A stretch of DNA of 50,102 nt, the filler included, from Catajapyx aquilonaris (Eukaryota): assembly GCA_000934665.2 (NCBI GenBank). It is 3 parts of 3 records of this genome, joined end to end, with 100 filler letters (N's around TTAATTAATTAA, not from the genome) between each part and the next. Parts side by side here need not be neighbours in the genome. Positions count along the whole stretch, not along the records: positions 1 to 16,480 come from KZ539655.1; 2 more parts are not named here. One strand, given 5' to 3'. Below are positions 1-13,185 of this stretch, one piece after another. The notes under the pieces were generated by a model that was not told the DNA's origin, did not search any database, and saw nothing but the letters and a program-made list of their open reading frames with translations. Every line of letters starts with the position of its first letter. The stretch's first letter is position 1. A program made the translations under genes and the position numbers.

Positions 1-89
1 CGTGAGTCGAGGCGGCAATTTTCAAAGTGCCGCGCTTTTTCCAAGACCTTTTTCCACCGATGCGCAACTCGATAATGCCCTCGAAGGGT

Positions 90-1460
90 TCAACCCCCAC
101 CAGCAACGTACCGCGCCAACTCCACCCTCACAGAGAGCAAGGCGAACTTCCAAACTCTGCTAATGTTGATGTAACCATTACGATTTGGTCTAGAAAATAG
201 AGGAGGCAAAAGTACACATGTTAGACGGGGATGCCAAGCGCAGAAGGCGCGTGAAGTGGGCGAAGCCCCGCAGGATGGGGAAAGAGGGGCGCAAGGGGTC
301 GAAGCCCCGCAGGATGGGGAAAGAGAGGTGCAAGGGGTCGAAGCCCCACCGTCGAGCGTAGCCCACATCAGCTGCGCATTTACTGGGAGATCACTTCCTA
401 CGTCTAAAGTCTGTTGACACTTCCTTGGCATTAATCTTGGATTGCGGTCCGACTCTGCCAAGTTCAGGTATTATTAACATTGCTGACCAATGCAGAACCC
501 CGTGCTCTATAAGCTGGAGGGAGTTTTTGTGATAGCATACGAATAAATGTGGCTTCAAAAAATATGGGAGCCCTTATGCGATAGCTGTATGGACGGCCCC
601 CCCAAGTCGCACAATTCAAACTGACAAGTAGCTCTTTAGAGGCGCACATAAAAGTGATGGACCGTGGGTTAGGACTCCCCAAACATCTAAAATTAACCGT
701 CGGCCTGGTTTTCTGTGATGGCGAAAACAGGTCCTTGAAGAGTCCTTATCCGTGAGCCTCCATGGCGCTGGAATGTTCCAGATATTTTTTTTTCTTCCTC
801 CTCTTCTTTCTTGTGAGAGCCATGGACAGAGACGCGACACGCCGAGACTTTTCTTAGGACCCTCGTCACTCGTCACTCTTTTGCATCCCGACTTCCTGAA
901 ACCGTCCTAGGATCCTCATTAGAGGCTCCAGCAGCACGCACGGAATCCGCAGTTGCCTAATTTCTCCGGAAAAACCCGTACGTGCCACCGTGTACGTGCA
1001 TCGAGATATCAGGAGTGTGAGCAATATGTGTGGGTGGAACACGTCCAGCCGCAAACGGACAAGGTCGTGTGCAGATCTGTCACATCTGTCACTTGTTACC
1101 TTGTTTCGAATGTCTCGGAGAGGCGTAACAATAGCCCGCCGATGTCCTTATCGGTGTCGTTTCTTGCTTCTTCAATCTCCGACCTTCTGGAGGTCCGATC
1201 ACTTTCTAAGGTGCTCTCAAGGGCGGTACTGCCTTTCATCTGCCTCCCTATACGCATTCGGTGTTATGATACCTCCCTATATATGGGCGCTGCAAGTAAA
1301 TAAACTGTATATTTTACATAAGCAAGCTCTTCCTATTCGTCGTGCTCACTCCATCTAAAAATTAACGTTGCTTTGCACTTTCCCTGGCGAAGGGGCGAAT
1401 TTGGCGAACAACGTTGATGGAAAGGAGTTGGTATTACACCCTGGGCGCTATAAGCCCAAG
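90..1460 (-). mobile_element. Possible highly decayed retroelement (gag-like) remnant
   Basis: Broken coding-like minus-strand frames and a PBS-like tagcgcccag near 1441-1450; no diagnostic domain recognised. Confidence 0.2.
260..350. repeat. Short tandem duplication, about 39-bp unit, about 2.3 copies
   Basis: cgaagccccgcaggatggggaaagag-g-gcaaggggt repeated; gives repeated PSCGASTPC in ORF 90..461(-). Confidence 0.7.
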
Positions 1461-2181
1461 TGAGGCGCCTAACGTATGCAGATAGCGCTGTCTCCTCCCT
1501 GGAAATGGGAGCTAAGCTCTCTCTCCTATTTCAAGCTAACTTTGCTCCGAGTACAGGAAACCTCTCCACATCCAGTGCGAAAAGCAGAAGGACTCTACAA
1601 GCCCTTCTCGGTTCCATTCCACATTATAAGAGGGGGGGGGCTCCGGACGTGCCGCTCCGGACGCCTCTTCATTTATTTTATGCATCTGGGGAATCAAGGA
1701 GCCACGCCAAGCTTCATACTATAACTACGAGAGGTGTAATTTTCCACTTCAGCACATGCAGGGTCCGTGAAAGAGGTTCAAGGTGACTCTCGGTCATGGG
1801 CCCGGATTACTAGGCAGTTTTTATGGGAACGTTCGTCTAATGTCGCTATTTTTATTAACTTTACTTATCGCGAATGAAGGTGCGGGTTTATAACGGATTT
1901 TAAAATTATTACATTGTCACGTCTCAGTTTTATTGAGTCAAATTTTCACGCCCTTTTCAAGTTAGGTAATTTCAGGATTGTAGTATTTTGAGGAAGCTTG
2001 ATCACGACCTGAAATGCAATATTTTTTGTAATACTCCGGACACCTATTCATTGCAACGTAAGCGAACATATAAGATGCAGTTGCTGAACGAATCAGTTAA
2101 TTAGTATGACCAATAGGTAGTCGCAATCCCAAATTGGAATATCCAAACAGTACAGTGGAACAGTTCTCCGTCTTGTTTCAG

Positions 2182-2788
2182 GGAGACGATGGAATCCATG
2201 TTGGCAGAGCAGCAATACCTCCGGTCGCCTCTCCGGTCATTCGGAGACCTGGAAGCCCAAGGGGCCAACCTGACCCTGGAAGAGAAGGCTCTCCTCAACG
2301 CCCGCTCCCAGCTGCTTCTCCGTTCCTTTCCGTTCAGCCCCACCCCGCCCCTGGGTTCGCCCCTATGCCCAATGACCCCAGCCACCCAGGCCTCCTGTCT
2401 CCCGCAGCTCTACTCCCGGGCCGCCGCAGCAGCCGCAGCATCGGCCCCGTCTCTCCAACTTCCTGCCCTCCAGCTATGGAGTCAGTGGACTTCCCTGCAT
2501 GGGCTAGGTCAACTTGGGTCAACCTTACTGGCACAAACCCACGCACAGTTGGCGGCTGCTGCAGCTGCGGCCTCTGGTGCGGCATCGAGCTCGACGTCTA
2601 GCGGCGGAAGCAGTAGTCCTCCTGGTGAAGGCCTGCGGTTGCCCAGACCCATGTACCCAAACTTCAACCTCAACTTGCATCGGTACAGTCCGTACATGCC
2701 CAACAAGAGAGTGGCGTCACCGCTTAGTTCGCCCGAGACGTTGAGGGAAGGGCTAGCGTCCGAAATTCCGTCTCATGGAACCACGTAG
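2182..2788 (+). CDS. Tbx20: Terminal coding exon of a Tbx20/midline/H15-family T-box transcription factor (post-T-box C-terminus)
   Basis: Acceptor tcttgtttcAG at 2180-2181, then phase-2 start G GAG ACG ATG giving (R)ETMESMLAEQQYLRSPLRSFG. This resembles vertebrate TBX20 RESVESLIQKHSYARSPIRTYG just after the T-box. Ala/Ser-rich tail with HRYSPY motif, stop TAG at 2786-2788. T-box exons are not seen in the window. Confidence 0.8.
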
Positions 2789-3720
2789 AAGACAGTGTGC
2801 ATATGTGTTTTTTTGTTCAGGACGGTACATGTGCCGTACAACAACGGGGATTCGCATCACTTATGTACACCCAGTGTTTATTCCCAAAGTCCAATCGACG
2901 TTTATGATGTCCAAGGAAAAAAGCCGTATCTGCAAAAAAAAATTGTGAGCATGGCTACTTCTCATTCACATGGATTTGGAGCATCACAAATGTCGTTCGG
3001 AGCACTTAGGGAATGAACAATGACGTCGTAGAGAGCAGTCAGAGTTCAGAATATGCGGATTCTCGTTTTCACAAGTCCACATTGTACATATCCCAGTCAA
3101 AAGCAGGAACTTCATTTCGATTCAGGACTGTAGCCGGGCTGTCTTGTGTACTGTACATGTATAGATACATCTAACGAGTATGTAGATCTTGGTGCACATA
3201 AAGAGGATACGAATATATAAATATGGTATAGCATAATATATACTCGCACGTGACTTCTGGCACTGCAACATTCCAGAATAAAAAAAATTTCAACTGCAAC
3301 TTAATCAAAATGTTTAATACAGTGTTAACTTGAGTCATTATGTTTGTTTCCTTCACGTAAGTTGCCTTCCCTCTTTCTGCGTATGTTACTTAACTACAGT
3401 ATACTGACAGTATATGACGTATATTTGCAGCTTCATGTATAGAACACTGTACACAGTATACATTAAACCCTGGAGAATAGTATTAACAATTGTAAAGTAA
3501 TCTTGGGATAGTTTCTAGTGTCGCAAGTGTCAAGTTTCGATCTCCAGTGCAGAATAATTAATTGGCGAAAAAAAAATCACACCGATTTCTATTGGTATAT
3601 AAGTTGATGTGAATGTTAATCCATTTTTCGATTTTAATTGTTTCAATGTTTTTACATGGTGTACAAAGCGCTGTAAATGTTTATTTATGTTAGGTTATGT
3701 AGGAACAAATAAATGGTTGT
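2789..3720 (+). promoter_or_regulatory. Probable 3' UTR of the T-box gene with polyadenylation signals
   Basis: AT-rich sequence after the stop; AATAAA at 3277-3282 and 3708-3713; TGTACATA (Pumilio-type element) at 3083-3090. Confidence 0.45.
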
Positions 3721-6700
3721 CAAGCTGTTCTGCAAAAAAAAAGTCCTCTGCATAATGCTTCCTCCCCTATAAGCCATTTGCGCAAGTGACGCCAAAACAG
3801 TAATTGAGCATCAAACTTATCAGCACCGAGCATATCATTACCACATGAAAGGATCAGTTCTCGGAACGGAAGCCCCCACAAAAAAAGCATAAAAAAACGT
3901 GATTCAACCGTAATAATCATAGGTACAATACGCTCGCCAAATGTCCCTCCTCGCTGATCTACATTGCAAAAAAAAAAAAAAACTCCAAGTTGAATAGATA
4001 CCACCCATCCGCCCTACCACCTCGCCTTATCTTGCGGAAGCTTTGCGCAAAACTCTGGGTGTTTTCATCGCGGTGCTTTGTTGAGATGCTTTTATGGATT
4101 GTCCTGTTTGCCTAATCCCCATTAGGTATACCGCAGTGATGCTATCTGGACGGGTAGGGATTGGCTCGTTCTTGCATGATTGTTGTGACCTCTGGATCCC
4201 TGCCACCGGTTATATCAACCGATGCGGGAGGCGTCTGCCTCTTCGTCCACAAAAATGGCAGGCAAAAATCCGCTTCCTCCTATTTTGCACGCAAAACTGA
4301 CCAACAATACAATCCCCTAGCTGCCCCGGCTGTTCCACTCAAGGTAATGGCAGGGCTCTTTGCTTTTAGTAGAGGTCATATCAACGTCGACCCGACGATA
4401 TTATCGACTGCTAATACTCAGGTTTGTTTCAAGGTAAGGTACCACATCGACGCCCTAAAAGTGACAAAGATACATGCAAATTTACAAAAGCCCGGACTAT
4501 ACATAACAAAACTCCATATTTTGCAAGTCATTTTCCTTGAAAACTATATCAAATATTTGAATCGATACTATATATGGGAGTAACTATTTGAATAGAAACT
4601 GTATATCGCTCAAACAGTTTGAGACAATTTGACATTGAAGTGACATTATCGTCTGAACCTTTTTCAGGGAATTAACTAAAGATTTTAGTGCTTTTATGAG
4701 GATTTCGTGAGGATTGTTGAGGATTTATGTACGAATGTAGGTTTTGGATGGATTTATTCTGGGGGGGTTTAAGTTATGTGAATCAGAATCCAGAACCTGC
4801 GCATACCTGAATTTAGTTGTTTTCCCCATAGAATATCAATGTGCTACTGCGACACACATGCCCAGTGCTAACACTTACAACGGATCTATTGCATGGATAA
4901 ATTATTAATCTACAGCACTGTACTCACCGAGTTGGCTTTTAAGGCGAATTCAACACACTCTCATGCGCATTCACTGAAAATAATTCTTTTTCCGATATGA
5001 TATATAGACCTAGCGCCAAAAGCTATTTTATGTAAACGCAAATGTCAACCCAAATCCCCCCCCCCCCTTCACCTATTTTCTAAATATCGTGCAACATGAC
5101 AAAAACCATCATTCTACCCTTTTGGGTAAAACATGAAACATCAAAGCGGTAAGTGGAGGCCCCTTTTCCTTTTAGCAGGATTCAAATCAACATCAGTACA
5201 GTCGATAGTATCGACCTGGTTTAAGCACCCTGAAATTTGTAGTTCCAGTCGCCTTGTGTCAACAACAGACAGTTATTGTGAAGAGGAACACGGCGATGTG
5301 TGGCTTACACACTGACGTGAGTCAAGCGGCGGCGATAACGGTCCTAGCGCCTGACTACAAAAGATTGGTGTAGCCTTGGGACTATCGAGCAGATCTCTCT
5401 TCCCCCCTCCCCCCCCACCCCCTGCCTATAAAACTGGAGTAAGGCCCGGAATGGAGCTGCTCCTTGTTTTCTTTCTAATTTGGTTGCCTGGAATTATATG
5501 GTCAGTCTTCCAATCTAAAGGTGTATGAATGCGGAATGAACACTGCATTATTCAATTACGGTGCGGTAGTTTCTCAATACGGATCAGAAAGCGGTTACTT
5601 CTGCATATTACAGTGCTGTTACACACGCCTGTGCCGGGCCTATACAGAATAAGTACAGGTATACATACTTGAGTAGGGATTATGGCTTGCAGTCGATTGG
5701 GCAACGCTTACAGGTAAGTGGGCTGATAAGGGTTTAATAAAATATTATTATGATTCACGTTACAGTCGTCAACAGAAATGGTATGAACTGGCTGACTTTT
5801 CATTATTCGCAAGAATTTACAAAAATTGGCTTTTCGTCGGAATCAAAACCGTTAGGAAATATTGGTCTGAATAAGAACCTGTCACATATTTGGTAGCACA
5901 ATATCTTTAAGTGGTTATAATGATACAAAAAGTATTAAAGTTAAATTAACATTTGTACACGTGGGCGTTAGCGCACGAACATTTACGCTTTATAATAAAA
6001 CCTGATATGCTACTTTCTTTTCTCACACTGAAATTCACACGACTCAATTTCATGTCATGCATTTGATGCGCATACTGCACATAAGATATCTAGTCTGCTC
6101 AAAAAGGTTACCAAGTAGGCCTACAGTAAAATTTCATGTCACTATGTAAATGATCTACACCGTCGTTATCTAAGGAGTATTCTGATAATACTTCTGGAGT
6201 GATGGTATCACCACAAACAGCACAGGTAGGCCTACGTCAAGCACACTGACAAAAGCACAAAAACAAAGCACTTTCATATGGAATCGAAATGAGACTGATA
6301 CAAGGCCAATATGGCCGGGCAATTATCGCCTGCGGCCACCGTAATTACCATAAATGGTTTAATATGAAAATAGTCGCAAATTGCATAGTTAGTGCCCTAT
6401 ACACCGACATTGCCCATCAGGATCGTTACTGTGACGTCAAACCCATGCACATGAGTGTCCAAGAAAAGTGTGCCATTTCAACACTCCCCCATATGCCACC
6501 TCCATGTTTTCATTGGTGACTTGCTTACACCGTCGCCATTTCAAGCTGTAAAAAAATCTGAACCCAGTTCCGTTGCATCATAATCAGTTTTTCATGCTTT
6601 CAGACCAAAGCACAATCCATGGATGTCGCCTTATAACACGAATTTGCACATCGCCGTCGCCTAGGAAACCTCGACCCACCAATCCCAACCCCCATTCCTC

Positions 6701-7750
6701 CCCCTTCCCACCCCTCCATGTATATCTCTCCCTCTCGTCAATTTATTGGCGTGAGCCTGATCTCTCCATCCATCTCAAAGCAATTTGGATCCGGCGCGGC
6801 GGGGATTCAATATTCCGCTTGTTATGATTCCATAAAATTAGACAGCAAGTAGTCAAGCACTGTCGTTGGCGGGTGGAGGGGGCTGAGAAGGGAGGGAAGG
6901 AAAGAGGGGAGGAAATGGGATGGAAAAATCCATTGTGATTCTGTACATTTCCCCCTTGTCTCCCATCCGCTGAGAACAATCCCCCACCTCCTATATTCTG
7001 TACAGTCCAATATTTGATATTTTGATTATGTAATTCACACTTTGGTCTTATTCGTAAAATTTCGGATTAATTTCCAGATCCACCCCCCATTTTTTTCTCT
7101 CAAATTTGGATCACTATTCGTCCACAGGTTCACACCCTTAAAAAAATCCGTCCAAATTTGAACTCGACCTGAAGATCGATCCGTCCTCCTTGAGTTTTCC
7201 TTCAAGATCTTGTATATCCCTTTACGTAACACCCACCCACCCACTTTCAACGGACGTTCCAACTACCCCCACCCACCCCATTCTCATACACATCCCCCCC
7301 CCTTTCATATTATTTTCCAGGGCAGCAGTGGGAGTGGGGGCGTATTTCAACGAGAGATAGAGTGCAAAGTTGAAACCATTAGTGTCTTATCGCCCGCAAA
7401 ATGGCTTCCATATTTCTCACTCTATCTTAATAATGCATCAAAGACTGGACGGTATCGGGGCAGAGGCGGGGATCCAGGATGGCTCCCGGAGGCCCCCGGA
7501 AAATGGTTCGCGCCCGAAGTGTAAAGGATTGGGCTGACGGGAAGTCATCAGCTGGGCCCGGACTTTCCATTTTCCCTCCGGAGAAGGAATGGGCCGAGCG
7601 CGGACGTTGGCAAGCTTTCAACGTTTCAAATGAGTTTTCAGCAGAATTTCCGGGGGCCGACTCCGGGAGCGCGCCTACTCAAGAATTCCAAATGCCGGCT
7701 GTAAAGTTGTTCGTGCCCGCCGCTTCTTCTTCTCTCAAAGCTTTTTTTTT

Positions 7751-7770
7751 NNNNNNNNNNNNNNNNNNNN
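7751..7770. other. 20-N assembly gap within a poly-T run
   Basis: 20 Ns flanked by T tracts. Confidence 0.95.
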
Positions 7771-8228
7771 TTTTTTTTTATCCGGAGCAGGCCTTATCCG
7801 GGGAGATGGGGGAGGGGGAGGGATTCACTTTTTCTCTAGGGATGCACTGCGGCAGACGGTAAAGTAGTCGGTGCGGAGCCTGCACTGTATACACTATATA
7901 CAAGTGGATGAGGTGAAATCTGGTCGTGAAATTTTTAGCAGGGGTAAAAATTGCATTGCGGGTATTTACAACACTTGGGGGATAATATGTGCTGAGATGA
8001 ACTGATACATAGTATCCAAATATGGTGTGTCTATGGTCAGGTTGCACCACCTCCAGAAAAGTTTTCCAGCAGAATAAGAGCCAGAAAAGTTCGTCATTTA
8101 TTGTCGTCAATTAATTTATTTTCACATTTAAATAATTTATTTTATGTATATTATTATTGTAAATGCATAATTGCATAATTTATTAATATGAATGGATGCT
8201 ATTTACACTGCATTATTCGTTAACTATA

Positions 8229-8549
8229 CAGGGTGTTTCAGCTTTTTTGTCCGAACAGTTAATTGCACGTAGCTGCTACTTTGTAAGCAGTGACTTGCAA
8301 CCGGTGATTTGTATGAGAAATGGGGAATGGGGAAAAAGAGGACACATCCCATGGTATATGTGACCCTCTTTTTCCAGGCTTGACCCTCAATTTTCAGCGT
8401 TCAGCATGTATGCCACTACAACCTATACGATTCGCAGGGAATATTTCCCGTTCGTCCGAAAAATCACCGTTTGCAAGTCACTGCTTACAAAGTTGCAGCT
8501 ACGTGCAATTTTCCGATAACTGTTCGGACAAAAAAGTTGAAACACCCTG
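8229..8549. mobile_element. Tc1/mariner-type MITE
   Basis: TA|CAGGGTGTTTCAGCTTTTTTGTCCGAACAGTTA...TAACTGTTCGGACAAAAAAGTTGAAACACCCTG|TA; inverted repeats about 85 bp; TA target duplication. Confidence 0.85.
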
Positions 8550-10217
8550 TATACATTTCCTAAGTATACTGTACGGTATATTTATAATTTATTAGACACA
8601 CTTATATTAGGCATTTATTTTATAAACGATTATTAAATAATAAATGCATTAGTATAATTATACTTCTCATTATTTTTTATTTTTTACATTGCATAATTTA
8701 TATTTGATATAGCTTATGTATTTATTTTTTATTACTTTATTTCGCATCAACAGTACTGCCAACCAATGAGTAACAAGCATTTCAGATTCAAAAAATATCT
8801 GAGGGTGGTGCAATAGGATCTAAGTGATTTTGTGTGTGATTTTCGACTAGAAAATATTTAGGAGCGTGGGTGTAAACCACCATTTGGACACTCCTGGCGA
8901 AGAACCATTTACGACTGCCACCACTTGGCCCAAGTCATTCCGAGTCCAACCCACCACTGACATGTTTATTAGCTCATAGGCAGTAATTACAGGTTCCTGA
9001 TGACCGGCATTGGAAAAGGGCCGCATCCCCACACTGACGACACTCCAAAATGGAACTGATTCACGCTTAATCACTGCCTCCTCTTCCACTTTTTTTTTTT
9101 TGGTATATGCTGCCAGGAGTGTCCAAATCAGCCTCTAATCTCACTGATTACACGCAACGTCGCCCATTAAATTCCCCTTTTCTCGACTCAAACACCCGTC
9201 CAAATTTGTTACTAACGCAGAGGACTGCCATCGGTCTCTGCTGCCTTGCATACCAAACTGTCACTCGTCGTCCCCACAAAAAAAATACCCTCCCAAAAAA
9301 AGGTATTAGCTCCAAGTCTTAAACCTGAGTGACAAGTTGAAAAGTTTTCTTCCTTCTTTCTTAGACTGACGATTGGCTCCATTACGAGGTTGATTAGTGC
9401 CGAGCAAGGCCCCCGTAGATTCTTATCTCCATCATTCACCTGCATGCTGAATTGACTAGTTAGCTTCTTTTTGCCCCGACCCAAACCCACGTGCCTCACT
9501 GGGTTGCCAAGTTTCAGATTTAAATTGAATCTTCAAATTTATATTCAAAAAATTTTAACTGTTAAATCAGTGGAAGATCATTTTTTGAATATTGTCAACT
9601 GGTGGGCCCCATATCGAAGGTTTAGATCTCCAGGATGTGCTGCTCACACGTGATGTGTAATTGTGAAAAAATGTTATAATAATGGAGGAATGATATGCGG
9701 TGCTTACCGCCCTTCCGACGGCCTCGACGTATAAAAGGAGGCGATTCATAAAACGTGCGGTATGTTACGGACACAATAGAGGTCATGCAGGTGGCTACCT
9801 TGTTCCTATAACTATGAAAAGAAGGGTGTCCGAGCCTTGCGATCTTGATGACCCCGTAATGGCACAGTTCCATAAATAATATTCTGAACTGTAAAATATG
9901 TATCAACCCGCTAGTTAAACCATAACTTTGCTACGACGCCATATATTTTATTCTTTATTAAGGTCAGATGACTCTAACAGGGTGGGGTCACTTCCTCCAA
10001 GGAACGTCTCCTGCATGGCCGAAATATGTAACCCTGGTGCGTGGTTTACACATTAAATAAGTAAATAATATATTAGTACCCTAATAAGTCAGTAAATTAA
10101 TAATAGTTTCAGAACAAATAATAAGATAACAAAATGCTGTAGGGCTATATACAGTACCCTATAAAAGAAGGAAGGAATAATAAAATAACGAATGGTAAAT
10201 GAAATAAAGTAACAAAA

Positions 10218-10225
10218 TAATAATA

Positions 10226-10304
<79 letters not shown>

Positions 10305-10618
10305 TACTTCGGTCTCGGACCTTGGGCCCTTATTGGGGGAGTGGAATACCGCCATTTGTTTGGAACCATACACTGGATGTGTTTAGTTGTTCCAAGGGTA
10401 AGTAGGAGGGGATGTGCAAAATGCAAGTGCAATGTCGCATATTGGTCATTTTGTGAACTCCCCCGGGTGGATTAGTCTAGCGGAAATTTCCACCCGAGAC
10501 GAAGCCAGAGATGGCCCAACTCTGCACGAGATGAAGGGGGGAACCCCGGGCTGGGATCGAACCCGGGACCTTAACATCCGTGGGCGCGTGCGTTACCGCA
10601 GCACCACTCCCCCTCCCC
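10218..10618 (-). mobile_element. tRNA-derived SINE (family A) with trinucleotide tail
   Basis: Minus-strand A-box-like TGGTGCTGCGGT and B box GGTTCGATCCC (10553-10563); body matches 44871-45270; microsatellite tail at 10218-10303. Confidence 0.8.
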
Positions 10619-12811
10619 TAATTAATATTATAATATTGTATACTATAAAATAATAACATAACGAAAAATTACCAATTACACTGAACAGAAAGATCGACGA
10701 CTATCATTACCAATTTATTAAATTGTCATAAGGTTTTGTTGTACAGGATTTCGGTAAAGAATAAATAGTTTTGTGACCTATAAGTCATGGACTGACCTAC
10801 TCTGAATGTTGCATCATTCAAAACAGATAGTTACGCAAAAATCCTAACACAAAAAATGTGCGGCACAATAAAAAATAAACCGCAAACCCACCAGGTGGAG
10901 TGCTTTACCCTCCCAAAAATGTTGATTACATAATCTCAAAAGTGGTCCGACCACCAATATCTCCATCCGATTGCAAAAAAAAAAAAAACATTCATTCTCC
11001 GGTAATAAAGACGTGCGTGTGTGGTACATTGCATTTCGGAGGTCTGGAAACAAACCCTATGATTTAACAGCCCCCACCTAGCAAGTCCAGCAACACTTGT
11101 TCTTTTTGGATGGAAACGAACCGACTCCAATAAGTGTTGGGGGGGACCGTCGAATTGGAGGCAATCATTTTCACACTCTCCAAACTGCTCTCTAATATCA
11201 CGGTGGGCGGGATGAGGTGGGCATATAATGATTGTGATTGGCGAGATGGAGAAAATGGCAGCTTTCTTTCGCCCCCCCACATCCCGACAAGAGGAGAAAA
11301 TAACGAAGTACATTCCATTCTGTAATTACCTATCCTCCGCCACCTATTTTACCACACCTATTCCATTCCCGCCCCCCTTGCCTATGGCCCTGGGCATTTA
11401 TTCACATCCAGTTGTTTCAACCCTATGAAACCACCCCAAAAGAAAGGTCCCAAAAATGACACTTAGGGTGGTGAAAAGAAGGGGTCTTTTTGCACGTCTC
11501 TTCCATTTTGGGAAGTTGCCCAATCTATTATGCACACTCTTGAAGCCCTTTTCCCAACATGACTAATGAAGACACGAATTAAAAGTTTGTTCGCCCCCAA
11601 CTTCCTCTTGGCTCGTTTCTGCCAACCATTAGCTTGCCATTGTCCCCAAAGGACGTGGAGAAGAAAAGGGGGATGGCAGCGGGGCTGTTCCGGGAGTCAT
11701 TCCTTCAGGAGTGATTGATGCTCTTGGTGACAGTGAGAGACGTGCAAGTTCATTTTTATAGTAGGCTAAGTAACGGCATGATAGCTGTCGCCTTGCTAAT
11801 TCGCGGAGGTGTAATTCCCACGGTTGCAATTGTCGATCCCGCTTCGTGTTAGGACTGTTGAGGATCGTGATGAGGATGATGATGAGCTTTGGCTATTGTT
11901 ACCGTAGAAAAATACTCATCGTCAACTGACCCTTACGTTGTATCCTCAACGAAACATTCAAACCATAATAATTGATGATGAACTGATGAAGCAAAAATGT
12001 CCCTCGAACAATGGTTGCTGCAAGAACTTCACACTATCCTGTAAGTTTACACGGTTGCGTTTTACTGACGTCAACCAGCGGTCATCACCCTTAGCTTAGC
12101 ACAGAAGCAGTAGCAGTCTACGAAACATCACATCTGACAACACAACGACAAAAATCCCCTTCCATCGGATTTGGGCGACTGGGAGTTGGGGGGGATTTGA
12201 AGTGTCAAGTAGCAACGTTATGACGCCTAATCAGGACCGGAATCTGTAGGCACACTTTTTTGTGCGCCCCCAAGGATTAGTGTGGCGGGTAAGCGAAGTA
12301 GCTCGAGGATGTGACGCGAATGTCGAAGCCTATGTCCTGGGAATCCCAAGATGGCCGCTTCACAGCAAAAAGGGGACAAGACCGGGATCAATCATTGTTG
12401 TCTTTCTCCAAAAGGAAGAGAGGGGGCTCCTTTTTTCTTCTTCTTCTCTCTCTCTCTCTCCAACGTGACAACCTGGCATAGTGTACCTGGCTGGAGGGTG
12501 GCCTAACCTCCCACCCACCTCCTCGAACAAAGAGCCACGTCTCCGCTGTCATCTCTCTAATTTGAGACAATCCGAGCTGTGACAGAGCGGCTGATGGATG
12601 GGCTCACCCACAAAGCTCCCGCTGGCTCCACCGAAAAACAAGTTCCGCCAGAAACCAGAGGGTGCGCTGGATATCCCTTTTGTCCGCCACATGGTGAGCC
12701 AAAACCACCCTCAAAAAATCTTAAAAAATCTACTTAAAATTTTGGCCAATTTTAGACAGACGATCATTTTAGAGCTATTCGGTGAATTTTTGTCAATCCA
12801 CTTTCTCAAAT

Positions 12812-13185
12812 TATGGATGAATTAGTGGATGAAATTATGGATAAATTAGTGGATGAAATTATGGATAAATTAGCGAATGAAATTATGGATAAATTAGTGG
12901 ATGAAATTGTGAATAAATTAGCGAATGAAATCATAGATAAATTAGTACGTATGAATTAATTGTCGATGTAATAAATAAATTGTTGATGTAATAAATAAAT
13001 AAATTGTTGATGCAATAAATAAATAAATTGTTGATGCAATAAATAAATAAATTGTTTATGCAATTAATAAATTAATTGTCTAATAAATAAATAAATTGTC
13101 TAATAAATAAATAAATTGTCTAATAAATAAATAAATTGTCTAATAAATAAATAAATTCATTGTCTGATTAATAAATAATTAATAA
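12812..13185. repeat. AT-rich minisatellite array (24-bp ggataaattagtggatgaaattat grading into 20-23-bp aataaataaataaattgt units)
   Basis: Directly visible tandem units. Confidence 0.85.

Noticed and set aside
2134..2744. Alternative-frame and antisense ORFs over the T-box exon
   Set aside because: Shadows of a GC-rich coding exon
10089..10432. Poly-Tyr and poly-Ile ORFs (also at 45093-45378 and 46430-46672)
   Set aside because: Translations of (TAA)n microsatellites
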